NCBI GenBank assembly: GCA_950097015.1
Contig: CATNEN010000039.1
Location: 8,308,001-8,372,000, forward strand
DNA length: 64,000 nucleotides
Origin: Macrostomum hystrix
Lineage: Eukaryota; Animalia; Platyhelminthes
Direction of reading: 5' to 3'
Below the pieces are notes generated by a model. The model searched no databases. It saw only the letters and a list, made by a program, of their open reading frames with translations, and was not told the origin of the DNA. Position numbers and translations under genes: made by a program. How positions within the stretch are numbered: position 1 is the stretch's first letter; each line of letters opens with the position of its first letter. Of this stretch, positions 39,601-51,600 are shown one piece after another.

Positions 39601-42600
39601 ACTAGCAGCGTTGCCATTCTGCTGCCAGCTGATGCTAATGTTAGCAAAATTGTCCGTGTCGAAGTCCATGGGGCCACTCGAGTTGGAAGCTAGAGCTGCC
39701 AGCTCGTAATCTGGCTGGCCGTAATCCTTGTGCTCGATGGTGCAGCCCTGCAGGCTGATGTAGCTGCCGTTGCTAGTTAGCTGAATGATGTACCGTTTCT
39801 AACATACAAGAAATTTGCACATTAGGAATTGGTTAGTTGTTAAAGTTGCATAGGAAGTCTTTGTAGCCAATTGAAGTGAGTGGCTAGTTTGTAACTTAGC
39901 TAGTCACTTTTGCAGCCTTTGTGTAATCTACCTTTTTAATCTATGGACTAGGGATGCTATTTTTCGCTTCTCTTCGCTCTTTTCAGTTCTTGCCTTTGCA
40001 CTTGGGTCCACGCCGGCGGCTCTCTCTCTCACTGCGTGGTGGGGAGGGGCTCGTTTGTATATTCCTGTGTGTGTGATTCCATTGTCTACCGTTAATTGTT
40101 AGGGCGCCTGCTTCACGTGATCCTTAGAGGACAGAGTGCCTGTTTACTTGAACACATGATTCATGTCTATTTTTAGTAACAAGGTTGCCTGTCTTAGGAT
40201 TGTTATCCTTCGTTTCTACGTCAGTTTCTATTTTTAGCAACATACCCCTTGGTTATGGGTCTGCTGCCTTGCTTATCTGACTTCAGTTGCTTTTTTTAGA
40301 AACCACGTGATGTGCCTGCTACCCCTATCCTGTCTGCACTATTTTAACAGTGCCCGCTAAGGCAGAGACCAGAGAGTTTCTGTTTTCTAAGTTTTCCTAA
40401 GTTTTCAATCTGTTTTTCAGTTTCCGTCATCCGTTTTCTATATCCCACCCTTTAGTGCGTGCTACAAAAGTATTTGTTTGGAAACTAGCAACAAACATTT
40501 ATCCCCTGCAACTAGATCTAGTTGAGGGTGGCCGTTGTACAGCGGCATTGTGTGCAACCAAAATCTAGCGAGAGCTCGTGTTCGACTCTGACTCTGACTT
40601 ATTTTCCCTTCGAGTGCGATGCAACTACTCTGGTGGCAGCCTACTACGCTACTTATTCAACCCGGCTTCAGATTGGAGCTCGTGTTTTAAACCCTCGTGT
40701 TTTAATTCTCACGTTCATCATTGCTTCGTCGTATCCGTACTGGTCCGTGAGCCAAATCTTCAGCGTCGTCGCCTGCAGGCGAGCCCTGAACGTCACCACA
40801 TGCTGCCTTACAGCGGCTGCAAGCACCGAATTCGGCATCCACTCCTGTCTCACCAGGACGCGTTCGTCCAGGGTGAAGTCTGGAATTTTTAATGAATATC
40901 GACTTGTCGCGTTTCTTAATATGAAATTCCAAAGTACGAGCTCAAGCTGTTTGAGTACTCACATTCTTTGCCGTAGACATGCAGACTGGTGATGCTCAGG
41001 GAGCCGAGCTCCATTCTTCTAACAATAGCCAAGAACCTTGATGGCCCGGAACCGGTGCATGTGATTACGAGTTTTGTACTCAAAATCGGCGCCTCGATCG
41101 AACCGCATTGCGGCCATGCGTCGAATGCCGAGCCACCGAGGGTTGGAAGCCACGCGTTGCTGGTGAGTAGTCGGATGCCGTAGCTTCCGCCTGTGGCTTT
41201 ACAGGTGGGTTTGCGATACTTATCGTCGAAATTTTATTTACATCTTCCTTCTTTTTAAGGACAATAAGCGGTTTGAGATCGGATGTGTAAAGAAACATAT
41301 TCATGTGTAAAATGGGGCTGCAGGCATATATTTAATTGGGGTTCGATGTCTAATCTTATTGAAAATTTAGATTACGCTAATGCTGAACCAGCGAGTTGAA
41401 GATAAAGCATCGCTTATCGAGTTCCCTTGGTCGTTACCCTGTTGCTTACCAGTCTCCAAATCCACGCCAGTGATCCAGTGCCAACTCTTAAAGTCCACCA
41501 ACAGGCTGTTGATTGGTGTCCCAGGTACTGGGCCGCCCGCAGTCAAAGGTAAAATGAGAAATCCCAGACTTGATTTTGTTGGATTCAGCTTTTGGCCATT
41601 GAAATATATAGCCTTGAAGTAGGCAATGTTGTGCGAATAAGGAGTAGTAGAACTCCATGGTGTGTACTCGTGAACTGCAATTGTAAAATAGTATTGTTTT
41701 CTCAGGTCCTGCTGTACGATACGGATTAGCCAATTTACTAAAGGATGGAGGAGCTCACGGCAGTTATGTCGGATGCAGTCTTCCTTGAGAGTGCTGGTGT
41801 AGAAGCAGTTTGGCATCTGTGTGACGGTGGCTGAAAGCATGCACAAGCTCATGCATAAGTTGTGCTTTTCAGCTTGAATAATATAGTAAGCTTATTGAAA
41901 TACAAGCACAGTGTACATTTTTTATCAATAACTTTTCAGTTTTTCTCTGTCTCCTCCCCCGCTGCCTCCCCGGCTGCCTCCTCCTCCCCGGGAGTCTCCT
42001 CTGCTGCCCGCCCGGCTGTCTCCCCCGTTGCCTCCCCCGTTGTCTCATGGATGAATGAATAGAATTCTATTCTATTCATTGAATTCTATGAATTCTATTC
42101 ATTCATCCATGCGTTGTCTCCCCTGTTGTCTCCCCTGTTGTCTCCCCTGTTGTCTCCCCCGCTGCCTCCCCCGTTGCCTCCCCCGTTGCCTCCCCCGCTG
42201 ACTCCCCCGCCGCCTCCCCCGCTGTCTCCCCCGCAGTCTCTGGCCGCTCAGGGCCGCGCTGTCGCCGCTCGGCAGCCGCTGAGGCTCACCGACGCGCCTC
42301 CCGGTCGCCCCACGCCTCCTCTCCCCTCCGTCAGGCGTCCGTGAGGACGTCCCCCCCGCTCTTCCGGTTTCCTCCCCTGCCGTCCGTGAGGACGCCCCCT
42401 CCCTCCCGGCTGCCGCCTCTGCGGTCGTCGCTCCCCCGCCTGCCGCCCCCCGCCGAGTCGCGACCTTCTCGGTCGCTGCCCCCCGCCCCGCTCCCGCTGC
42501 TGCTCCCTCTGCCGCCCCTCCCCCCGCCCGCTGACTCCTGGCAGCAGGCCCCCTCGCGTTCCCGCTCCCGTTCCCCGCCGATCCCGGCGCTTCCCCTGGG

Positions 42601-45600
42601 AGAACCGGTGGAACCAACGCTACACCCATTGACATTTTTGTTAAGGGGGAAGCGGCAAAGTCCACCCGTCGTCTCCTTGATGCGGGTGTATCCTTCCAGA
42701 ATTCGCGAGCCTTCTCGAAGCGCTCCCTTCTGCCCCACTCTGACCTCTGCCTGAAAACTCTGGGCGAGTGCGGAGGGCTCACCATCCTTTCGGACGGGGC
42801 CCCGGCCACTTTACTCCGGAGCCACAGGTACAAAGTCAGCATCTTCCCTCGTAATGAGGTAAAGGACTGCTGGGATGACCCCGCAGTCCACTGTTACACT
42901 GACGGCTCCCTGATGAACGGTAAATCGGGATTCGGGGTGTGCGTCGCCTCGGGTGGCGAGGTCCTCTGGACCCACTCCCAACACTGTGGCAAGAGCTCAA
43001 GCGTTTTCCAAAACGAAATGCTCGCCATCAGTTTCTGTGCGGCTGAGCTGCGCCAGAGGCAGCTGGCTGGTCGGAGGATCTTTTTTCACTCCGACAGTCA
43101 AGCAGCCCTCAAGGCCCTCAGTCGCTGCACCTCTCGCTCCAGAACCACCTTGGACTGCAACACCCAGTTAAACGGTTTGGCGCAGTCTAACAAGGTGGAG
43201 CTGATGTGGATCCCTGGGCACGCCGGGCTCACAGGGAATGAGATGGCGGACGAGCTTGCAAAGGCTGGAGCAGCCAGCTCCCTGATGGGCCCGGGCCCGG
43301 AATCCCCGATCCCCGCCTCCGTTGTCAACTCCAGCATCAACCACTGGATGGAGACCCAGCACCGGAGGAGGTGGTCCAGCACCCTGAACTGTCGCCAGTC
43401 CAGGGCTGCGGTGCCAACCCCCTCTAGTAACCTGCGTAAGGCCTTACTCAGGCTAAACCGCAGAGACCTGAGAGCAGTCACCATGGCCCTTTCGGGACAT
43501 GGCTGCTTCACCAGACACCGCTACCTCCAAGGCCACGTGCCTGAGGAAACGTGTCCTTTCTGCTGCTCCGGCCGTGAAAACGCCGAGCATTTCATTTGCC
43601 ACTGCCCGGCCTTCACCCGGGCTAGGCTAAAACACCTCGGGCCGGCACCGACTCTTGCCGAAGCCTGCTCGCCCGAGAACATCCCTCAGCTCGCCCACTT
43701 CCTCCGGGATACCGGCCGAGCTGATTTCTTCCCAGCCTATGGCGAGGAAGATCGCGCGGCGGAACCGACCGACGGACCACCCTGAGCGGCACCGCCTCGC
43801 TGGAGGCCGTCTGGCTGCCAGGGGTTAGCGATATGGGCGGCAACAGCCGCCTCCTCGCTGCGTCCGTCATGGAGGCCCCCTGCCGCTAAGTCAAGTAAGT
43901 CAAGAACCGGTGGAACACCGGTACATCGCAATGACTACTACAGTAGAAGTAGCAGGACTAGACTCTTGGTTCATTTTGAAATATTATTTTTATAGACCGA
44001 ATATACAGGTGCAGTGCAAGTATTTTAGGATGTAATGCATGGGAGGCCTATGCTATTGAGTTATTTAGTTTATATATTAGAATTTTTTAGAGGCTAGGCT
44101 TTTAATCAAGAAAATATAAGCTATTTTCGCTTTATTTTCAATGTGATTTTTCTACCTGCATTTTTTGTCGATGGCTTAATCGAAATCGCACAATGGTGCT
44201 TCTATTTAAAATGACGTAGTATAATGAATGGGTGAGTTAGGAGAGCACTGTATAAGACTATAGGACATCTGAAAATTAATATCGTTTTTCGTGCCGCAGT
44301 GAAAGTTGTCGAACTCGAACTCGAGGCCACAGTGAGTCGACTATCATCAGGGGCTGCTACAGAGAAAATATATTCGGTTGTGGGGCATCGACTACTACTA
44401 ACAACGATGGTGATAACTGATAAAGACGACTAAGGAAACAACTTTTATGGCTTTATAAATTTCTGACTGCTTCCACTAAGAAACTCATCCAACAGTTGCT
44501 TACAGCTGGTGCAGAAGTTGCTGTAATTCCTTCTTGAGTTTGAGAGTGATTTCACAATGCACACACGGCCCCTGGCGGTGACGTTGACCGGATAGACAAA
44601 GTTTTCCAAATCGCCCAGAGACAGGAGACAGTTGGCTGCAATTTTGTGGGATGAAAATTCGTCCAATAGAATCAGAAGACAACAACAGAAGTCAAAGCTT
44701 TCTTGGCAAAGCTTATTGTTAGCAAACCCTAGTTATCTAAGAATATATTATTTTGTTTATTAATAGTAATTGTTGCAGCAGGGCCGCTGGCAATGGTCCA
44801 TTATTTGGTGACACGAGGAGGCAATTCTGCTCATTTTTCTGGCTCCTGAGCACGCACCCACACAGATACTGTGGGCAGGCACACTCTCACACAGGTGTGT
44901 ACATCTGCCCTGACTTTCTCATCGCCAGGCACTGTGCCTTGGAGGTTGGCCCTCAAGGGCGTAAATTGCAAGACAAGCTCCCAAAGCCTTCTCTCCGCGG
45001 CTGTGCCCTAAATAAATGTGGCCTCACCGTGGAATCGAACTCAGGGACCTTGGTGCGCGAGGCAAATGCGTTAGACCGGTCTGCCACTCACCCCCAGATT
45101 ATTTAGCTCAACTGACCTCGCATACGAAGCTGGCTGCCAATGACTGAGCCGGCAGCATCAAAGTAGGAAGATGAGAAAGGATGTCCTGTAACGATCGCGC
45201 CGCTACCATCACCCAACAGCTGACGGTAGCAGTCTAGAACGAGTAGCAGGTGCATTGGGTTCATCGAACAGTAGGATTTGTTATCGAAAACATTTAAATC
45301 GAGTACAAATGAATTTACTACTCTAAAAAATGGCTAGAAATTCGAAACCTTTTTCAGCTATCACAACCGTGAGGGCTCTGTCGTCACGGAGGGGCTGGCT
45401 GTTTAGCAGGTCGCCTGGCACGCTGCAGGCAAATACTCGGCTGTAGTAGTCCTGCATGCTGCTGGTGCTGAAGCCGCTCAGGCTGCCATCCATAAAAATC
45501 TGTCGGTTATTCTGAAGGTTGCGATATCGCACCGAAGCGGGGTGAGATTGCTGGACGCACCACTGGGAGTAGCTACCGATGCCAGCTGCTTGGTCCGCAA

Positions 45601-48600
45601 AGGTCACGTGACCGACGAGCGTTGTGCGCAAGTTTTCTGTCATTATCAGGGAGTATCAGGGAATCGCGTAAACTGTAAAAATTACTTTTGTAAACTTGAA
45701 GTCACTTCAAACACAGATTCCATAAATTACCATTGCTCTGTGGTGCTTGAGGAAGCTGGCACACAAACATCTCCTTTGTGCCCCTCTCATGGGCCACAAT
45801 GGAAGCCTGCTTAGTGTTGAATACTCCATAGATCTCAGACGGCTGGCCGAGCTTCCAGAGCGAGTTCGGTACGGCCGTGCCGTCGTGCCAAAACCAGCCA
45901 GAGTCGTTGAGCTGCATCCCGATGTGCATGTCATAGTCCAGCCTTGCACCGAGGGTCGAAATGCGCGCTTGAGTTCATCTGCTTTTGATCTACTACTAAT
46001 TTTGTACATCGTAAGCAACTCACCATACACTGAGGAAGCTCATCACAGAGGCATCCTTCGGCATCAGCAGGCCGCCCCTGCCACCGGCCCAGAAGTAAGA
46101 CTTGCAGACACTCAGTGCAGAGCTCTGCAGCGCCTTCACGGCGCCGAAGTGCAGGCAGATGTCAGAGTGCGGAACAAATCCCTGAGGACATGAACTGGCG
46201 CGGACGCCCCAGAACGACACGTCCAGCGGCTGCAGCGAGCCGTTTGTCACGTGAATTGTTAGGGAGATCGGCGTCAGTAGAATAGGAACCTCGAATATCC
46301 ACCGTGCTGAGCTAGTCTGGAACTGCATATTTGCAGTTGGACTAGGACGTGAAAATTAAGGCTCCTTCATAGTGCATGGCATCAAATTAAACATTTTAAG
46401 GTTAAATATTATGATGCATCTAGCTTAAGGACACAAAGTCTTTCTCTTAGGCTCAGATTCGAACCCCCGACCTGTCGGTTGGGTGTACAAAGCTCTAACC
46501 ACTATGCTGCGAGCTCAGGTGGGTGAGTGGCAGAGCGGGTAACGCGTTCGCCTCTCGCACCAAGGTCCCTGAGCTCGATTCCGCGGCGAGGCCACATTTG
46601 TTAAGGGCGCAGCCGTGGAGCGAAGGTTTGAGGGCTTGTTATGCAACTCACGCCCTTGAAGGCCAACCTCCCAGGCACTGTGAGTGTATACTGCCTGACG
46701 ACGAGAGACGACGATCAAGGCAGATACCTGTGTGAGTGTGTGCCTGCGTACAGTGTGGGTGTGTACTCAGGAGTCAGCGAAATGGACAGAATTGCCTTCT
46801 CGCTGGCTGCAGGTCTAGTGTCACCACTTGATGAGCCTGTCTGCAGCCCTCATGCATTCATTATTATTATTATTATTATTATTATTAGCGCTATGAGCTC
46901 GCTAAAATGAGAACGACACCTACCAGCCATTTGGTGTTCTGCACCTCCAGAACGGAATCCGTTTCTCCAGCGACTTCGTTGTAGGAAACATAAAAGTGGA
47001 GTCTGGAGGCGCTCGTTCTGTTAACCACAATTCTATTTAAGTGGTAGAAGGCATTGAACGAGAATCTAATTGTCGACGCATCTGTTGCTGTCCAACTGAG
47101 CTCAGTAATAACACTTGCGCCTGTAATAAATCAATGTGCATTTACTGTACTTATTTGGGAAAGTGAAATCCGAGTTAAAATCTAAACTTTACTGCTGTAC
47201 GTGGGTCGACAGAGAACCAAGAGTTAGACTTAGAACCAAGACTTTTCGTATTGAACTTCAATCTAAATCATGAGGTTTGGTCGGCGGTCAGTCACTGAGG
47301 GACGTGCGCATCTCGAAAAGCGTGGAATAAGATTATTAAACTGTTCACTAAATCTATCTCCGAAATATGTCAAGATGTTTTACCGTACAATAGAAACCTA
47401 AGCCCCCTCACTGGAAAAATGTAGCGAAAAAGCGTGAAGCAATAAATTGATTAATACAAATAATCAAGTTTTACCCCCCCAGACGGCAAGTTATCGCCTT
47501 AAACTTGAGAAATTCCCCTAAGTTGACAAATTATATGGCAGCTAGAAATTTATAAACCGATTAACTTCCATTTTATGATCCTTGTTTATCAACTCAATCA
47601 TCTAGTTGTATTTCTTTTTACGCATGCCACATGTCACATCTCAAAAATTGAAAGTAAACAATTTAGAAAAAAAAGCTAAAATTCCCCGCCCGATGAAGTT
47701 TTCCATGCTGGTTTTGTCAAGCATTCAAGTGCTCAAAACTTACTCGGGTCTTGGGGATAGCCAATCAGATCCATTTTCAAATATGTTCGACGGCAGTCGT
47801 AGTATATTCGAATTTTCAATGACTGCGCTAGAATGGATCGATAAAAACTGATCCGTCGGATGTCGACTTCATTGTCCGTGGCGTCGAAGATGACCTAGAA
47901 ATTTCAAACATCATGGCTCTCTTATGACGCTTCTAAACAAGAAGTCTCACAGGAATTAAAGTGATTGGGCAAGCTTACGGTTTTCCCATCAGTAAGCGAT
48001 GTGAACTGTACTAGATTATTGGGGTTGGTATCCAATGAGTACTGCGCATCGATGGTCAGTATCCTTCCATAAATGCTGTCGTCGTAAAGCCGATAACCTG
48101 CCCTGAAAAGAATGCCTGACAGAGCGAATACTTGTGGTAAATTGATTGAGAAGTAGCTTGTTATCGACGAAATGCTCGTCATGTGAAAGCTCTCGTCGCC
48201 AGGAAACTGTAGAGGGATTGAGTAGACGTCTCCACAATAGTCGCAGGTGGATGATAGTTCAATCTGGTAGATCGCGGTAGATGGATACCGAATGCCCAAC
48301 CCCGTGGCAACGTCATAGGAACGAGGGAGGTAGTCAGCTTCGGTAGCATCTGTGATTTTTATGACAGATTTCGTGCAAACCTTCATTTTTGAGATAAAAA
48401 ACTGGTTGAAAATCGAACAGTTTCTTTGCAAGGACAACTAAAGTAGAGGACTACTATAAAGGACTTCTACTAGTGGTCCTCACTTCTACTAGTGGTCCTT
48501 ACTTCTACTAGTGGTCCTCACTTCTACTAGTGGTCCTCACTTCTACTAGTGGTCCTCACTTCTACTAGTGGTCCTCACTTCTACTAGTGGTCCTCACTTC

Positions 48601-51600
48601 TACTAGTGGTCCTCACTTCTACTAGTGGTCCTCACTTCTATTAGTGGTCCTCACTTCTACTAGTAGTCCTCACTTCTACTAGTAGTCCTCACTTCTACTA
48701 GTAGTCCTCACTTCTACTAGTGGTCCTCACTTCTACTAGTGGTCCTCATTTCTACTAGTGGTCCTTATTTCTTAGACGATCCGGTGCGAAAGTATTCCAC
48801 ATTCCGTATTAGATGAGCAATTAAACAATCTTAAAACTCTATAAAACTGTGAACTCTATAAAAAACGTCAAGCAGTAAAAAGTCAAATCAATATTATCTA
48901 GTCGCTGATGACGCTAGTGGACGATTCATAATTCTAATTGACTCAGTGCCTATATGACTCAAAGCAAAGATTTTATTTGCGACAGACTCCGGTCAGCTGA
49001 CCGCGATCTGACTTACTCAACGGTGATCCGTAGACCTCGAGCTCAGCAATCTTCATAGTGCAGCTTGGATTGCAGGTGCTGATTTTTGCTATACCGACAG
49101 TTCGCGTCACCTGCACGCGCATAACCAAAGCGACTTCAGAAAACGAGGAAATTGAGGATCAATCTTAACGCGACGGCCTCACCTGTCCAACATAAGCCCT
49201 CAGTGGATGTGGCATAACTTGGTAGAGATTCTGGGCAACAAAAATGGCATCAGTCGTGGGATAGCTGGACTGATTGCTGATGAAGACAGCAATGTTGACA
49301 TTCGGTTCTAGTGCCGGATTCTCTGAAATATAATAATTATAATTTAGTACATCTGCTCCAGTCGGAGCCAGGTGTGCAGCCAAGAGTACAGATGCGGCTT
49401 ACAGACGCGGCGCAGCGCACTGTATGGCTGTTCAGTCCATGGACTGCTGGGACGTCACACCCACCCTCAATTACCCCAGCTAATGCTGAAACAGCTGGTA
49501 ATGCAGAGTTAACTGTCTTGCTAAAGGACACAAATTGTTCTAGTATAGTCAGGAATCGAACCCCGACCTTCAAGTCTTGAGTCCGACGCTCTAACCACAG
49601 GCTTCCACCCCAGCTCTGAGCATTAATCGATTATGTTTATAATTTATTCGCAATCTGTACGCAACGCTAAAACAGAAGGTTCTGGCTCACAAAATTATGA
49701 CTTTTTTCTCTGCACCTTTTCTGTTTCTGCTATCCAACTTACGCTTCACATACGCAATGAAAGGCCAGACTAGAACAAACTCAACGTAGCACTGCGCAAC
49801 AAAGTCTATGGCGACCCATGGCAGAGTTCCTGTCTCGACCCAACAACCACCGTTGGAATTTCCCCTTCTGTCCCCGTCGATGAGGATAGCCGCGTTTTGC
49901 AGCGTGCTGCCAATCACTGTGCGGTATCGATGGATGGGCAAAACTGGCGGATCGTTGACTGATTTGTCTGTGGGAGTTGATTGCTCGAAAATCAATTTAA
50001 TCGTGTACAGTAAGATAATGATCGAGAGGAGTTTTAAATAATATACTATATTGTTATACGTTATTGTTTCTCATTTTTCACGTGAGCTTGAGACGTACTT
50101 GATGGGCAGCCATAGAGCATCCAGCTAGACTCCCAGCGCGGGCTGAAGCTGCTCTGATGTAGACGAATGATCCTTGCGTCGATCTCGGGAACAAAGCTTG
50201 CAAACGAAGCGAGCCAGGCAGTTGATACTGCCATTCGAGTCTGCAATTATTAGAAGCTGGGCGCTGGTGGCTTTGTTGCCGAGGCGATAGTAGAATCAAC
50301 AATGTTCCTTGTCGTTGAAGATGTTTTGAATTTCGTTAATGTAACTTCTAGTTAGAACAAGGAACTAGTTACACATACCAAAGAGCCAAAGGTGAATGAG
50401 AGCCCGTCGGTGGAATATGACACTTCAAATAGCAAGTTTTTAGTATAATAGCTCGGAGTGCTGCGGTCAGTCCCTGGCTGTATTCCGATGATATACAGTG
50501 TAACAAATCCAGAGAATGTGGCCTGTTAAAGAAATCGATTTATTTGCCTTGATCGTCTGCTTGGACAAACAAAGATGAAATAGGTGGAATGCCTCGAAGG
50601 AATAAACCTGTATCTTCAAACAACACACCTTACCTGAATATACTCCTTGAAATTACAGTCGGAATTCGGCTGTATCGGTGACCACATTCCGAGCTGTCGG
50701 TTATCTGTAAAAACCAATAGCGGCCGCTTGATTCTTGAGAGAATGAATGCTCGAATTCTAAGGGAAATTGAACAGGAATGAAAAAGGTTAGTCACTGGGA
50801 ATATCGAAGAGTACGTGTGCTCTAGTGTCATCGGATCCAGTCCCGAGAGTAGTGTAGCCTACAGTCTTGACGTCTACAGCGTGGTTGACGCTCAGCACTG
50901 ACAAGCTGATCAGAGGAACATCGCTGATGCTGATATTGACGCTCATCTGAGTCCAAGTCAGACTCATGGTAATGTAGTCATCCGTGACTGCAGGAACTGT
51001 GCTGTTGGCTAGAACCAGCATCGTGGCCAGAGTCAACCGACTAACTGAGTCTCCGGTGCGGACTGCGCAGTCAGTCGCGATCACTGAGGAGCCATTGCCC
51101 TGGATGGAGATCTCCCAGCGCGGCTGTGAAATAAATAAATATTTGCAGGGAGCTCTGGGCACTGGTACATCAGTTGGTGACACTAGACTCGCAGCCAGCG
51201 AGGAGGCAGTTCTGCCTATTTAGCTGACTCCTGAGCAAACGCGCACACTGATACTGTACACAGGCACACAAAGGAATGGGATGATTCCGCCTTAACTCAC
51301 GTTACTCAAGATGTCGATATGCTCATAAAAGGACGTCAGCCACAGCTTAAGCCCAGTCTTTCGCAGCCTCGCTTGCAGTTGAAGGCATCGGTCCCTACTG
51401 GCGTTGCTCATCACTACTGCTGGAACACGACGAATCAGGTTCGGGAACGTAACAACCTCTTCGAATTTCTCTACAAAAGTATCATTTTAAAGAGTGTTTT
51501 AGTCTAGGAAATTCTCAGAACTATCGGTTGCTTTTAAAGGTGATGTCGGACCAGTTGTTATTTACAAACCTTCTTCGGCTTGAAGCGAAATACTGGCAAT

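Noticed and set aside
42099-42842. 247-aa Gly/Arg-rich ORF as a host gene
   Set aside because: Chimeric across the LINE junction and the GC-rich repeat.
46450-46510. tRNA genes at this and other A/B-box sites
   Set aside because: No complete cloverleaf or acceptor stem; they continue into SINE bodies, so they are SINE heads.
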